The notes under the pieces: model-generated
What the model saw: the letters and a program-made list of their open reading frames with translations, nothing else
What the model was told of the DNA's origin: nothing
Databases searched by the model: none
Source of the DNA: the human T2T-CHM13v2.0 reference genome, Homo sapiens
DNA length: 64,000 bases
Reading direction: 5' to 3' (one strand)
NCBI RefSeq assembly: GCF_009914755.1
Contig: NC_060947.1
Part shown: in pieces, positions 18,107-38,524 of the stretch
Numbering within the stretch: position 1 is the first letter of the stretch
Layout: each line of letters begins with the position of its first letter
Position numbers and translations under genes: made by a program

Positions 18107-20149
18107 TGATCTTTCTAATTCTTGCCCCATCAATGCCCTGTCAAATTTTCTTCACCCAAGTAACAGAACTTTATTAATTACCATAATTATCTGATCGAAT
18201 GGAGTTCCCAAGCCCCATCAGGTTTTTTTTGTGTTTTTTTTTTTTGAGACAGAATCTCGCTCTGTCACCCAGGCTGGAGTGCAGTGGCATGATCTCGGGT
18301 CACTGCAAGCTCCACCTTTGGGTTCATGCCATTCTCCTGCCTCAGCCTCCCAAGTAGCTGGGACTACAGGTGCCCACCACCACGCCTGGCTAATTTTTTT
18401 GTATTTTTAGTAGAGACAGGGTTTCATTGTGGTCTCGATCTCCTGACCTCATGATCTGCCCACCTCAGCCTCCCAAAGTGCTGGGATTACAGGCGTGAGC
18501 CACTGCACCCAGCCCCAAGCCCCTATCAGCTTTAAAGAAAACTTCAGTTTTTAAAACTAAGATCCTGACTTTCCTGCATGGTGAGTGCTGAGACATTCCT
18601 CCCTGATGGCTGCTCCATGGAGGAAGGGCTAGGGTCTGACTTGGGAACTGCCTCCCCTTCTGGGCAGAGAGGAGGACCAGAGCAGGCAGGGTCTTCCATC
18701 CCTACTGAAGGGGTTGGAGGTGGGCAATGGTCTCTGTCCAGGCTGACCCTTTTGATGCTGGAGCCTGGCTGGTTTTCCAAGTCCCCATCCATGTGGTAGA
18801 CATGGCTATGGTGGGCATTGTTCATTGCCATCCTGTCTTCCTTTGTATTCAGAGATCCTCTTAGAGACAGCCAAGGAGTCTCCATTAGAATTTCTGGGGT
18901 GGGCATGCCTTGTGCTTGGCTGGGAGCCACCTCATCAGCACCACTGTCCTGCCTCTCCATTCACCATGAGAACCTCATGGGCTCCTCTTCCAAGTTCAGG
19001 AGCCAGGGGGTTCTAGAAGGTGCCCATTATACCATCACTCCCCATTGGACCCTCTTTGCCCCAGGTCAAGTAGGCACAGGGAGTTTTCTTCCTAACCAGA
19101 AACTTAGCAGAGAAAGACAGCTCCTCTTGTCTTCTTGTAGGCTCCCCTCAATCTTTATGAGTGGTTTTCTGGGATTTCTTTCTCTTGTCTGGGAGGAGAC
19201 CCCAGCTTCTCTTTCCTGAGGCAGAGCATTCAGACAGATGCTAATTCCTTCCCACCCACCCAAAGTTTTTTGTCACTTATGCCACTGGGCTGGGGTTACT
19301 GGGAGTGGGAAGGTGTATATATTTGGGATTTTTTTTCCCTTTTGTCCTTAAATTCCAAGTCCTGGTGAGTTAATTGAGGACATAATGTACCAAAATCTAT
19401 TTTTTCCTCCTATTTCTTCCTCTCCTTCCTTCCTCCCTTCCTTCCTTCCTTCCCTCTTTCTTTCTCTCTCTCTTTCTTTCTTTCTTTCTTTTTTTTTTTT
19501 TTTAACAGAGTCTCGCTGTCTCCCAAGCTGGAGTGCAGTGGTGTGATCTCGGCTCACTGCAAGCTCCGCCTCCCAGGTTCACGCCTTTCTCCTGTCTCAG
19601 CCTCCTGAGTAGCTGGGACTACAGGCACCTGCCACCATGCCCGGCTAATTTTTTGCATTTTTAGTAGAGACGGGGTTTCACCATGTTAGCCAGGATGGTC
19701 TCAATCTCCTGACCTCGTGATCCACCTGCCTCAGCCTCCCAAAGTGCTGGGAATACAGGCATGAGCCATCACGCCCAGATTCACTCTTTCTTTCTTTCTT
19801 TCTTTCTTTTTCTTTCTTTCTTTCTCTTTCTTCTTTCTTTCTTTCTTCTTTCTTCTCTCTTTTGTTCTCTCCTTTCTTTCCTTGTTTCTCTTTCCTCCTT
19901 TACCTCTTTCTTCTTTTTCTTCCTTTCTTCCCTTTCATTTCTCTCTTTCTTTCTTTCTTCCTTTCTTTCCTTTCTTTCTTTTCTTCCTTTCTTTCTTTCT
20001 TTCCCCTTTCTGATTTTCTATCTATCTAATGCTCTAAGTCGTAAAAAGAAGAAAAAACGTGAGCATTTGTCACTGCTTTTTCTTCTTGCAGACAGTTTCA
20101 TTGGGTGGTTGTATTTGGCTGGGTAGTGACCTGTAGCTATTAGTGACCT

Positions 20150-20900
20150 GTAGCTGCTGTAACAAGTTATCACAAATGTGGTAGCTGAAAACAACACAAA
20201 TTAACTGTCTTGCAGTTATGAAGAACAGAAGGCTGAAGTCAGTTTCCCTAGGCTAACATAAAAGTGTTGGCAGGACTGCTTTATTCTAGAGGCTTTGGAG
20301 GTGAATGCATTTTCTTGCCTTGCCAGCTTCCAGAAGCTGCCTGCTTTCCTTGGCTCATGGTCCCTTCCTCCACTTGCAAAACCCACACCCACATCACTCC
20401 GGGCTCTGCTTCCATTGTCACCTCTTCTATAACTTTGATCCTCTTGCCTCCCTCTCATAAGGAGCCTTCTGATGACAGATGGCCAACCCAGAGAATCCAG
20501 GACAGCCCCCCTCTTAGGATCACTAATTAAACCACAGTTGCCAAGTGTGTTTTTCCAGGTGAGGTCACATATTCACAGGTTCTAGAGACTGGGATGTGGA
20601 CAGCTTTGGGGGATATTATTCCTCTACCATATGGGGAGTGGGATGTATAAATCTTTGGGGCCATTATTCTGTCTATCACATGGGGATTTGGGTGTTGATA
20701 ACATTTTTAGGGTCATTATTCTGTCCACCACGTGGGGATTAGGATGTGGACATCTTTGGGGGCCATTACTCCTTCTACCACATGGGATTGCAATGTAGAC
20801 ATCTTTGGGGGCCATTTTCTGTCTCCCACATGGGATTAGGATGTGGACATCTTTGGGGCCATTATTCTGTCTACCACATGGGGATTAGGATGTGGACATC
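20150..20900 (-). mobile_element. MLT1 LTR whose terminal ~49 bp is tandemly repeated ~6.5 times (20590-20900)
   Basis: GCTGCTGTAACAAGTTATCACAAATG...; repeated GGGATTAGGATGTGGACATCTTTGGGGCCATTATTCTGTCTACCACAT. Confidence 0.8.
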
Positions 20901-20995
20901 TGGCTGGGCGCAGTGGCTCACGCCTGTAATCCCAGCACTTTGGGAGGCTGAGGCAGGTGGATCACAAGGTCAGGAGATGGAGACCATCCTGGCTA

Positions 20996-21382
<387 letters not shown>

Positions 21383-21620
21383 TCTGTGAGTATATAGATT
21401 CTCCACCCCCTAAAAAAATTATAAGCACTGTGACCACCCCTAAAGTGGCTCAGGCTCATGCATGTAGCCCGCCTGGGCTTGAATGCTCTTTGCAAACATA
21501 CGTTAGATCTGGACAGCCCAGTTCTTCAGGGAAACCCTCTTGGGGCCATGGCAACATGTGGACCATTCCGGAAGAGCGAGAACCGGTGCCTGCCAGCAGG
21601 TGGCAGCATGGGGCAGCTGA

Positions 21621-21968
<348 letters not shown>

Positions 21969-22046
21969 TGACCCGCCCGCCTCGGCCTCCCAAAGTGTTG
22001 GGATTACAGGCGTGAGCCACCGTGCCCAGTCTGCTTTGCTGTTTTA

Positions 22047-22599
<553 letters not shown>

Positions 22600-22826
22600 T
22601 CAAGAATGTTTCCTGCAGTGTCTGGGAGGAATCTCTTTGAAATGTGATCCCCAAGGGGGAGGAAAAAAAGCCTCATCCCCCGGGGTCCACAGAGGAGAAG
22701 AGCTTAATTTAATCTGTCACCTCACTCCAAATTGCAAAGCCTACACCTCCAGTCAAAATGAGTCCTTGTTTAGTTTCAGAAAACGAAAGGAAAGGGCTGT
22801 CTCCACTTTGCTGCGTAAAAGGATGA

Positions 22827-23082
<256 letters not shown>

Positions 23083-23513
23083 TGATCCACCTGCCTCGGC
23101 CTCCCAAAGTGCTGGGATGACAGGCGTGAGCCACCACACCCGGCCCATAAAAGGGTGAGATTTCTTTCTGTGTTTCTGATCCCTTTCACGGATGGCCTGG
23201 GGTGTATATCACATTTGAATTGAATGCTTGTTCTGTAGAAAAATGGTTTTCTTTTTCTTCTACCCTTGAGGAGAGGGGTTAAGGAAGGAGTTCCTGGATC
23301 GGGAGGAGATTTTTTTGCTTTTTTTTTTTTTTTTTTTTTTTTTTTTTGAGACAGAGTCCCTGTGACTCAGTCTGGAGTGCCCTGGAAGATCTCGGCTCAC
23401 TGCAACCTCCGCCTCCACGGTTCAAGCGATTCTCCTGCCTCAGCCTCTCGAGTAGCTGGAATTACAGTTGTGCACCATCATCTCTGGCTAATTTTTGTAT
23501 TTTTTTTTTTTGA

Positions 23514-23774
<261 letters not shown>

Positions 23775-24424
23775 TGAACCACCGTACCCGGCCAATTTTT
23801 GTATTTTTTTGGTAGAGACAGGGTTTCTCCATGTTGGTCAGGCTGGTCTCGAACTCCTGACCTGAAGTGATCTGCCCACCTTGGCCTCCCAATGTGCTGG
23901 GATGAGAGGTGTGAGCCACTGCACCCGGCCTTTGGTTGTTTTTTTTTTTTTTTTTTTGAGACAGAGTCCCTGTCACTCAGTCTGGGGTGTCGTGGCTGAT
24001 CTCGGCTCACTGCAACCTCTGCCTCCAGGATTCAAGCGATTCTCCTGCCTCAGCCTCCTGAGTAGCTGAGATTACAGGCCTGGCTAATTTTGTATTTTTT
24101 AGTAGAGATGGGGTTTGATCATGTTGCTCAGGCTGGTCTCGAACACCTGACCTCAAGTGGTCCGCCCGCCTCGTCCTCCCAAAGTGCTGGGGTGACAGGC
24201 ATGAGCCACCACTCCTGGTAGAGATTTTGCTTTTTAATTCTATTTCCTTAACACCTTGAACATGTATGGCTTGGGCTGTTCCTCATCTCAGCCTTATGTT
24301 TTGATTCGATTGCCTTCCAATGAGCACCTTATTATTTAAAAGTGGACTTCAAGATGGGACTGTACCGTTTCCTTTTCTATCACACTTCACTGTTGGACCG
24401 TGAACTCTATTATTATTGTTATTT

Positions 24425-25105
<681 letters not shown>

Positions 25106-25289
25106 ACCATGAACTCTAATGTCAGAAATTACCGAGGCGCTGTTTCTGCATTTTTTTCTAGTATGGATCCTGGTAAGCCACATCCAGAAGAGATTTCTCT
25201 GGAAGAACTTTGCCTTGAATGGAAGCAATTGTCCTGATGGCCACTAGGGGGAGGAAGCATCGTTTTCTCTCTTCGAATTGTAAGGCGAG

Positions 25290-26770
<1,481 letters not shown>

Positions 26771-26774
26771 AAAA

Positions 26775-27672
<898 letters not shown>

Positions 27673-27755
27673 GAGGGGTGTGGCGAGGCCTGGCCAACCT
27701 CCACTTCCCAACATGGCATGAACTTTAAATTGAAATTGAAATAATTTCATGTTAA

Positions 27756-28034
<279 letters not shown>

Positions 28035-28401
28035 TGAACTCCTGACCTCGTGATCCGTCTGCCTCAGCCTCCTAAAGTGCTGGGATCACAGGCATGAGCC
28101 ACCACGCCCGGCCTATTTTTGGTTTATGAGAGGAGCTGCTGATACCTGGAGACTTGATACCCACAAGCTCCCCTTAGCCACAGTTCCAAAACAGGACATG
28201 GCTCAAGACCGCGTCTGGGGAGGAGGGGGAGACAGGATAATTCAGGCCTGCTGGGTGCTGCCTGCTGGGGGTACCCAGGGTCTGTAGATGTGTAAAGCCA
28301 GAGAGCTGGGACCAGAGTCTGCTGTTTCATTTTGCCCAAGACTTTCTGTGGGCCTCCTGGAATAAGGCAGACCAGCTGATGGTTGTTTTTTTTTTTTTTG
28401 A

Positions 28402-28587
<186 letters not shown>

Positions 28588-28755
28588 TAGGCTGGTCTTG
28601 TACTCCTGACCTCAAGTGATCCACCAGCCTCGGCCTCCCAAAGTCCTGGGATGACAGGCGTGAGCCACCACGCCAGGCCCGGGTAATATCTCTTATAGCT
28701 AGAGTGATTTTAGAGTGACCTTCGCATATCGTGACCCGTGAGTGAGTTTCCTGGG

Positions 28756-29683
28756 CGTGATGGTTAATACTGAATGGCAGCTTGATTGGATTGAAAGATC
28801 CAATCAAAGCGTTGTTCCTGGGTGTGTCTGTGAGGGTGTTGCCAAAGGAGAATAACACTAGAGTCAGTGGACTCGGAGAGGCAGAACCCCCCTCAATCTG
28901 GGTGGGCACCGTCTCATCAGCTGCCAGTCTGGCCAGAATAAAAGCAGGCAGAGGAGCGTGAAAAGGCTAGACTGGCTTAGCCTCCCAGCCTCCATCTTCC
29001 TCCTTTGCTGGATGCTTCCTGCCCTGGACCACTGGACTCCAAGTTCTTAATCCTTGGGACTCAGACTGGCTTCCTGCCTCCTCAGCTTGTAGATGACCTA
29101 TGGTGGGACCTCACCTTGTGACTCTGTGAGTTAATTCTCCTTAATAAACTCCCCTTCATATATATATAATTCATGTGGACTCTTTCTAGACCATATAGAT
29201 TGTATTAGTCAGGGTTCCTTAGAGGAATAGAACAAATAGAAGATACACACACACGCACACACACATATATATGTACGTATATGTGTGTATATATACACGT
29301 GTATATATACACACATATATACACGTGTATACACACACATGTGTATATATACATGTATACACATATATGTGTATATGCACATGTGTATACACACATATGT
29401 GCATGTACACATATGTGCATATACGCATATATACACGTGTGTATACGCATATATACGTGTGTACACGCATATATACACGTGTGTACACACATATATACAC
29501 GTGTGTACACGCATATATACACGTGTGTATACGCATATATACACACATACACACATATATACACACATATACACACACACATATATATACACACACAATA
29601 CATATATATGTGTGTGTGTGTGTGCGTGTGTGTGTATATATCTTCTATTAGTTCTATTCCTCTAAGGAACCCTGACTAATACA
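28756..29683 (+). mobile_element. MLT2A-type (ERVL) solo LTR with an expanded (TA/CA/TG) microsatellite
   Basis: GTGATGGTTAATACTGA...TTGATTGGATTGAA start, AATAAACTCCCCTTCATATATA, GAACCCTGACTAATACA end. Confidence 0.85.
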
Positions 29684-29727
29684 ATGTATATGGTCTAAAA
29701 AGAGTCCATATGAATAATCCACTCCTA

Positions 29728-30470
<743 letters not shown>

Positions 30471-31428
30471 AGTAAGAAACAGCAGCAGCACAAAGGGAGG
30501 TGATAACTCACGTCATATCACACCCTGCAGGCCCCATCACCCTTCCTCCTTCCTCTGTTCACCTCCTCCTCCTTTTCCGGGCTCTGCAGACGAGCCCGGG
30601 CAGCCCTCCCCGCTGGCCGTCTGGACCCAGGCCTGCCTGTCTTGGGTGCATTTTAGGACATTAAGTCTGGCTGGAACCTGAGAGCATCAGCCATGCGGTA
30701 AGTCCCCACATCCCTCCAGCAGTCTGGGAGGGGAGCTCTCTCCTTTGCTTTTGTACACTCTGGAGAAAATTGTCAGGCAGCAGACATGAAGAGCCTCTGG
30801 GGAGATTCAGTGAGGGCTGGCAGGCAGGTGTCCAGGAGCCTGAGTGACTCACGAGAGAAAGGACATATTCCTTAAAGACAAATTCATCAACGGATTGGTT
30901 TAAATAATTCCTGCTCAGCACATCCCAAATTAAGCTTCGTCATCAGACACTGCATCTGTTGCCTTTTCTAGAAACATGAGCTCTAAGCTCAGTGACACCG
31001 TCTGTCAGGGTTTCAACGTTTCACCTCCCCCCTCCAGGGGAGCCGGTTTCCATACACCAAAGCTCTCCAAGGTCCAGTTGTGAGGATGGGGAACGCTGGC
31101 TGTCTGGTGACGGCCTTTCCAAAGCTGCCCTGTCCTCTTGCATTAAGAAAGATTAGTTTGTACTCCGGGAGGAGAGGCGCAGAAGGTTAACAAGATTAGA
31201 GAGAGCTCCTGAGACCTGCGGTGAGATTCCCTGAGGGATGTGGCTAATAAAACTGTAAAAACAACGCAGGCGGTGTCTCTCACCGCCGGGTCCTGATTTC
31301 AGGGCCGCAAATGTCTACCTCTTCTAGGCAGTTTGCTACCTCAATAATTTAGGTTGTCAGTTGTGGTTATCCAAGCCCCAGCACACTTTTTTGTTTGTTT
31401 GTTTGTTTGTTTTGCAGTTTGCAGGTGA

Positions 31429-31746
<318 letters not shown>

Positions 31747-31813
31747 TAGGCATGAGCCACCACGCCTGGCTAATTTTTTGTATTTTTAGTAGAGACGGGG
31801 TTTCACTGTGTTA

Positions 31814-32766
<953 letters not shown>

Positions 32767-33944
32767 AGAGGAGGGGCACAGGCAGACACTCTCTGTGTGG
32801 TCCCAGGTGAGGCCTGGTGGCAACGAGCCTGGTGCGTTCAGCCCTGGGTGGATGTGGTAGCGGAGGGAACAGCAGGGCAGCGTCCGAGGTGTGAAAAAGC
32901 ACAACCTGCCCCGAGAGAGCCCTGCGCTCTGGGCCATCTCGGCTTCTTGGGCCATAGGTACATTCCTCACAGGTGACCTGAGTGTGGAGGAAAGGCCGTC
33001 TCTGCAGGCCAGGGGGCTCGCTGGTTAGTGCTCACACCCAGAGTGCACCCGGACGGCACCAGAGATCTTCCTACCTCCCAGGAGCCGTTGCACGATCTCC
33101 GGGCATCGCCACCCCCGACCTCGGGCACCACGAGACTCCATTTACAGACGGGAAGCGACCTGGGGCTGACCTTGATAAAACCCCTGTCCGGCCTCGATGG
33201 GTCTGAGCGGCAGGTGCCATTGTCTTCCCAACAGCGGCGTGTGTGACCCAACACGAGTTCGGGAATGCGAACAGTCTCCTCTCCGAGCTTCGCAAGCTGT
33301 TTTAGCACAAACTCACTGCTCAGCAGACTTCTTTGAACAAGGAGTCTTCTTAAAAATGACCCTTAAGCCTGTAATCCTAGCACTTTGGGGGGCCGAGGCG
33401 GGCGGATCGCTTGAGGTCAGGAGTTCGAGACCAGACTGGCCTACATGGAGAAACCGCATCTCCACTGAAAAATACAAGAATTAGCCAGGGTTGGTGGCGC
33501 ATGCCTGTAATCCCCGCTACTCAGGAGGCTGAGTCAGGAGAATCGCTTGAACCCGGGAGTTGGGGGTTGCAGTGAGCCGAGATTGCACCATTGCGCTACA
33601 GCCTGGGCAACACAACGAGCCTCTGTCTCTAAAATAAAATAAGATAAAAAGTAAAATAAAGTAAAATGAAATATAAATATAATAATAAAAATGTAATAAT
33701 AATATAATAATAATAATATCTGCCTACATAGGTCAGTGTACAGGCGGCGAACTGACTTCTTGCTCCGTGGCGTCAGAGCCTTGGAGAAAAGGAGGGTCAC
33801 TGAGAAGGGGGGGCGGGTCAAATGAGAAGAAAACGCCAGGGAGGCTGATGCAAATCCCAGACCTCAAGGAGCAAGGGAGGGGCTGTTCTATCAAGTCCTG
33901 ACGCCCAGGGCTAAAGGTAGAGGAGAAGGAATCCGTTCTTTGCC

Positions 33945-34636
33945 TTCTTTCTCTTCCCGCCCCCTAGCCCCTGCGCCTGGTCCCCATTGGCTGAGCCCTG
34001 CTGAAGTCACCCAGCCAGGGTGACGCCAGTCAGAGCCAGGCAGATGTCAATTACACAGGGCCTTCTCTGTCTTCCCGCCCCCTAGTGCCTGCACCTGCTC
34101 CCCATTGGCTGAGCCCTGCTGAAGTCACCCAGCCAGGGTGATGTCAATCAGAGCCAGGCAGATGTCAATTACACAGGGCCTTCTCTTCCCGCCCTCTAGC
34201 CCCTGCACCTGCTCCCCATTGGCTGAGCCCTGCTGCAGTCACCCAGCCAGGTGATGTCAATGAGAGCCAGGCAGCTGTCAATTACACAGGGCCTTCTCTT
34301 CCCGCCCTCTAGCCCCTGCACCTGCTCCCCATTGGCTGAGCCCTGCTGAAGTCACCCAGCCAGGTGCTGTCAATCAGAGCCAGGCAGATGTCAATTACAC
34401 AGGGCCTTCTCTCTCTTCCCGCCCCCTAGACCCTGCATCTGCTCCCCATTGGCTGAACCCTGATGAAGTCACCCAGCCAGGTGATGTCAAGCAGAGCCAG
34501 GCAGATGTCAATTACACAGGGCCTTCTCTCTCTCTCTCTCTTCCCGCCCCCTAGCCCCTGCACCTGCTCCCCATTGGCTGAGTCTAGCTGAAGTCACCCC
34601 GCTATAGAGCCAGGCAGCTGTCAATCACACAGGGCC
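33945..34636. repeat. Six-copy ~113-125-bp tandem repeat, each unit with a GC box, CCAAT box and TGTCAA motifs
   Basis: CCCCATTGGCTG recurs, with ATTGG at ~33986, 34104, 34218, 34331, 34448 and 34573. Confidence 0.92.
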
Positions 34637-34931
34637 CACCACAGCCCAGAGTTGGGTTGAGTGCGAATCTAGCGAACCCTGTGAATCACGTCAGCGCCTG
34701 CACAGTGGGAAGGGGTCCCCCCTGGCACGTTGCTGCCAAGTTTCAACAGCGCTTAGAGGGGAAGCGGCAGAAGCAATTCGGCTTCTCGATGGGCTTGCCC
34801 CGGCGTGCACTTGCACGAAGCATTGGCAGGAAGGAAGCTTACAAATTCATCTGGGGCCACCAGCTTCCGGGGATCCGGTGAGATGCGGGGCATGGAGGGT
34901 TTGTGAAAGCAGCAGAGTGAGTTCTGTGTCA

Positions 34932-35108
<177 letters not shown>

Positions 35109-35111
35109 CTA

Positions 35112-35425
<314 letters not shown>

Positions 35426-35451
35426 TTATTCGATTAAAAAAGAACAAGTGA

Positions 35452-35774
<323 letters not shown>

Positions 35775-35994
35775 TGATCCACCCGGCCTCCCAAAAGTGC
35801 TGGGATTGCAGGCGTGAGCCACCGCACCCGGCCTTATTTTATTCTTTTTAATTGAGAAAAATGGCACATATTCACGGGATACATAGTGATGTTTCTATCC
35901 ATATAGTGTGTAATTATCAGATCCTTATAGCATATAATGATCAATGTATAATTAATGATCAGATCCATATAATCTATAATGAGATGATTGATAG

Positions 35995-36456
<462 letters not shown>

Positions 36457-37249
36457 TAATATCCTCCTTCCAACTATTTGAAACTGTAGAATATATTATT
36501 GTTAACTATCATCATTCTACAGGGCTTTAGAACACTAGAGTTTATTCCACGTGTCTAGCTGTAATTTTGTACGCTTTAATAATTGTTTTCATATGGACAT
36601 AATAGCTCTCCGGGAAGAAAAAAATATAAAATAATAAATGTCACTCAGAACAGTAATCAGTAATGCTGTCAAAACTTTATTCAGGCTGTGTGTGGTGGCT
36701 CATGCCTGTAATCCCAACTCTTAAGGAGGACGAGGCGGGTGGATCACTTGAGCTCAGGAGTTTGAGACCAGCTTGGCCAACATAGTGAAACCCTGTCTCT
36801 ACTAAAAATACAAAAAAAATTAGCCGGGCGTGGTAGCAAGTGCCTGTCATTCCAGTTACTCAGGAGGCTGAGGCACGAGAATCACTTAAATCTGGGAGGC
36901 GGAGGTTGCAGTGAGCTGAGATCGCGCCATTGAACTCCAGCCACTGCACTCCAGAGACAGACTCTCTTTGTCTTTTTTTTTTTTAATTTTTAAAAGGCAG
37001 GCGGATCACCTGAGGTCAGGAGTTCGAGACCAGCCTAGCCAAAATGGTGAAACCCCGTGTCTACTAACAATACAAAAATTAGCAGGGTGTGGTGGCGGGC
37101 ACCTGTAATCCCAGCTACTCAGGAGGCTGAGGCAGGAGAATCGCTTGAACCCGGGAGGTGGAGGTTGCGGTGAGCCGAGATCACGCCACTGCAGTGTGGC
37201 CTGGGCAACAGAGAAAGGCTTTGTCTCAAAACAAACAAACAAAAAATTG

Positions 37250-37485
37250 ATGTTATGCACAGTATTTAATAAATTACATGAGACAGTCAATACTGTATTC
37301 TAAAATAGTCTTTGCGTTAGGTGATTTTGCCCAACTGTAGACAAATGTGAGTACTGTGTTTAAGGCAGGCTAAGCGATGATGTTTGGAAGGCTAGCTGTA
37401 TTAAATGTCTTTTCAAGCAAGGATCTTTTCAACTTACAATGGGTTTATCAGGACGTAAGCCATTTTAGGTCAAGGAGTATCTGTA
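37250..37485. mobile_element. MER47/Tigger5-like DNA transposon fragment
   Basis: Ends TTTTCAACTTACAATGGGTTTATCAGGACGTAAG...GTCAAGGAGTATCTG-TA. Confidence 0.65.
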
Positions 37486-38524
37486 TTTTGCTTTGATGAA
37501 CATTTGACTATTCAGTCCTTTTAAAGTGGTGCATTCATGTGGCAGTTTGAGAGACATTAACAAAAAAAAAAAATAGAACACCTCCAGCAAGTACCAGAAA
37601 GATCACCTTTCTCCGTACAACTTCAGATTTGATAAAGCAGGCTTTTAAAAAGTGCTCTAGGGAATTGCAGGTCAGGTTAACAAAAACACATATTCAAATA
37701 CCACAAATACAGCTATTAACATTAAAGCTGGCAGGGCACGGTGGTTCACAGCTGCAATCCCAGCACTTTCAGAGGACAATGTGGGTGGATCGCTTGAGGT
37801 CAGGAATTCAAGACCAGCCTGGTCAACATGGTGAAACCCCGTCCCTACTAAAAATCCAAAAATTAACCGGGCGTGGTGGCAGGTGCCTGTAATCGCAGCT
37901 ACTCGGGAGGCTGAGGCAGGAGAATTGCTGGAACCCAGGAGGTGGAGGTTGCGGTAAGTCGAGATCGCGCCACTGGCTGGGCAGCAAGAGTGAAACTCCA
38001 TCTCAATAAAACAAACAAACAAACAAAACCCTCCAAAACACGAGGATGATGGGGTTTGTCAAGACAAGGACCCTTTGTGTCTTTGTGTCTTTGGACTTGA
38101 GGGAATGGTCCCTCACAACCTCTAAAAGTCAATACATTTGATGTTTTCAAGGGTAGGTGGTAATCTTGCTATAATCACTGACTTCAGAGCTATCGTTCAT
38201 CCCTCGGATTGGGGTATATGGGTAGGGAAAATAACACCCATGATGATGGCCACATCCTAATTCCTGGATCCCTGCACCTGTGAACATGTGACTTCACGTG
38301 GCAAAATGAATGTTGCAGGTGCGATAAAGGTAAGGATCTGGAGATGGGACATGATCCTGCATCTTGGATGGACCCAGTGTCTTCACAGGGTTCTCAGAAG
38401 AGGAGGTAGCATGGGCAGAGTCAGAGAGATTGGAAGAGGCTATACAGCTGGCTTTCAAGATGCAGAGAGGGACTGTGCATGAGGCATTGCCAGGTAGCTT
38501 TTGCTGGACTACAGTTCAATCCAT

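Noticed and set aside
32967-33308. 113-aa minus-strand ORF in the CpG-rich segment
   Set aside because: No recognisable domain or splice context; an ORF of this length is expected in GC-rich DNA.
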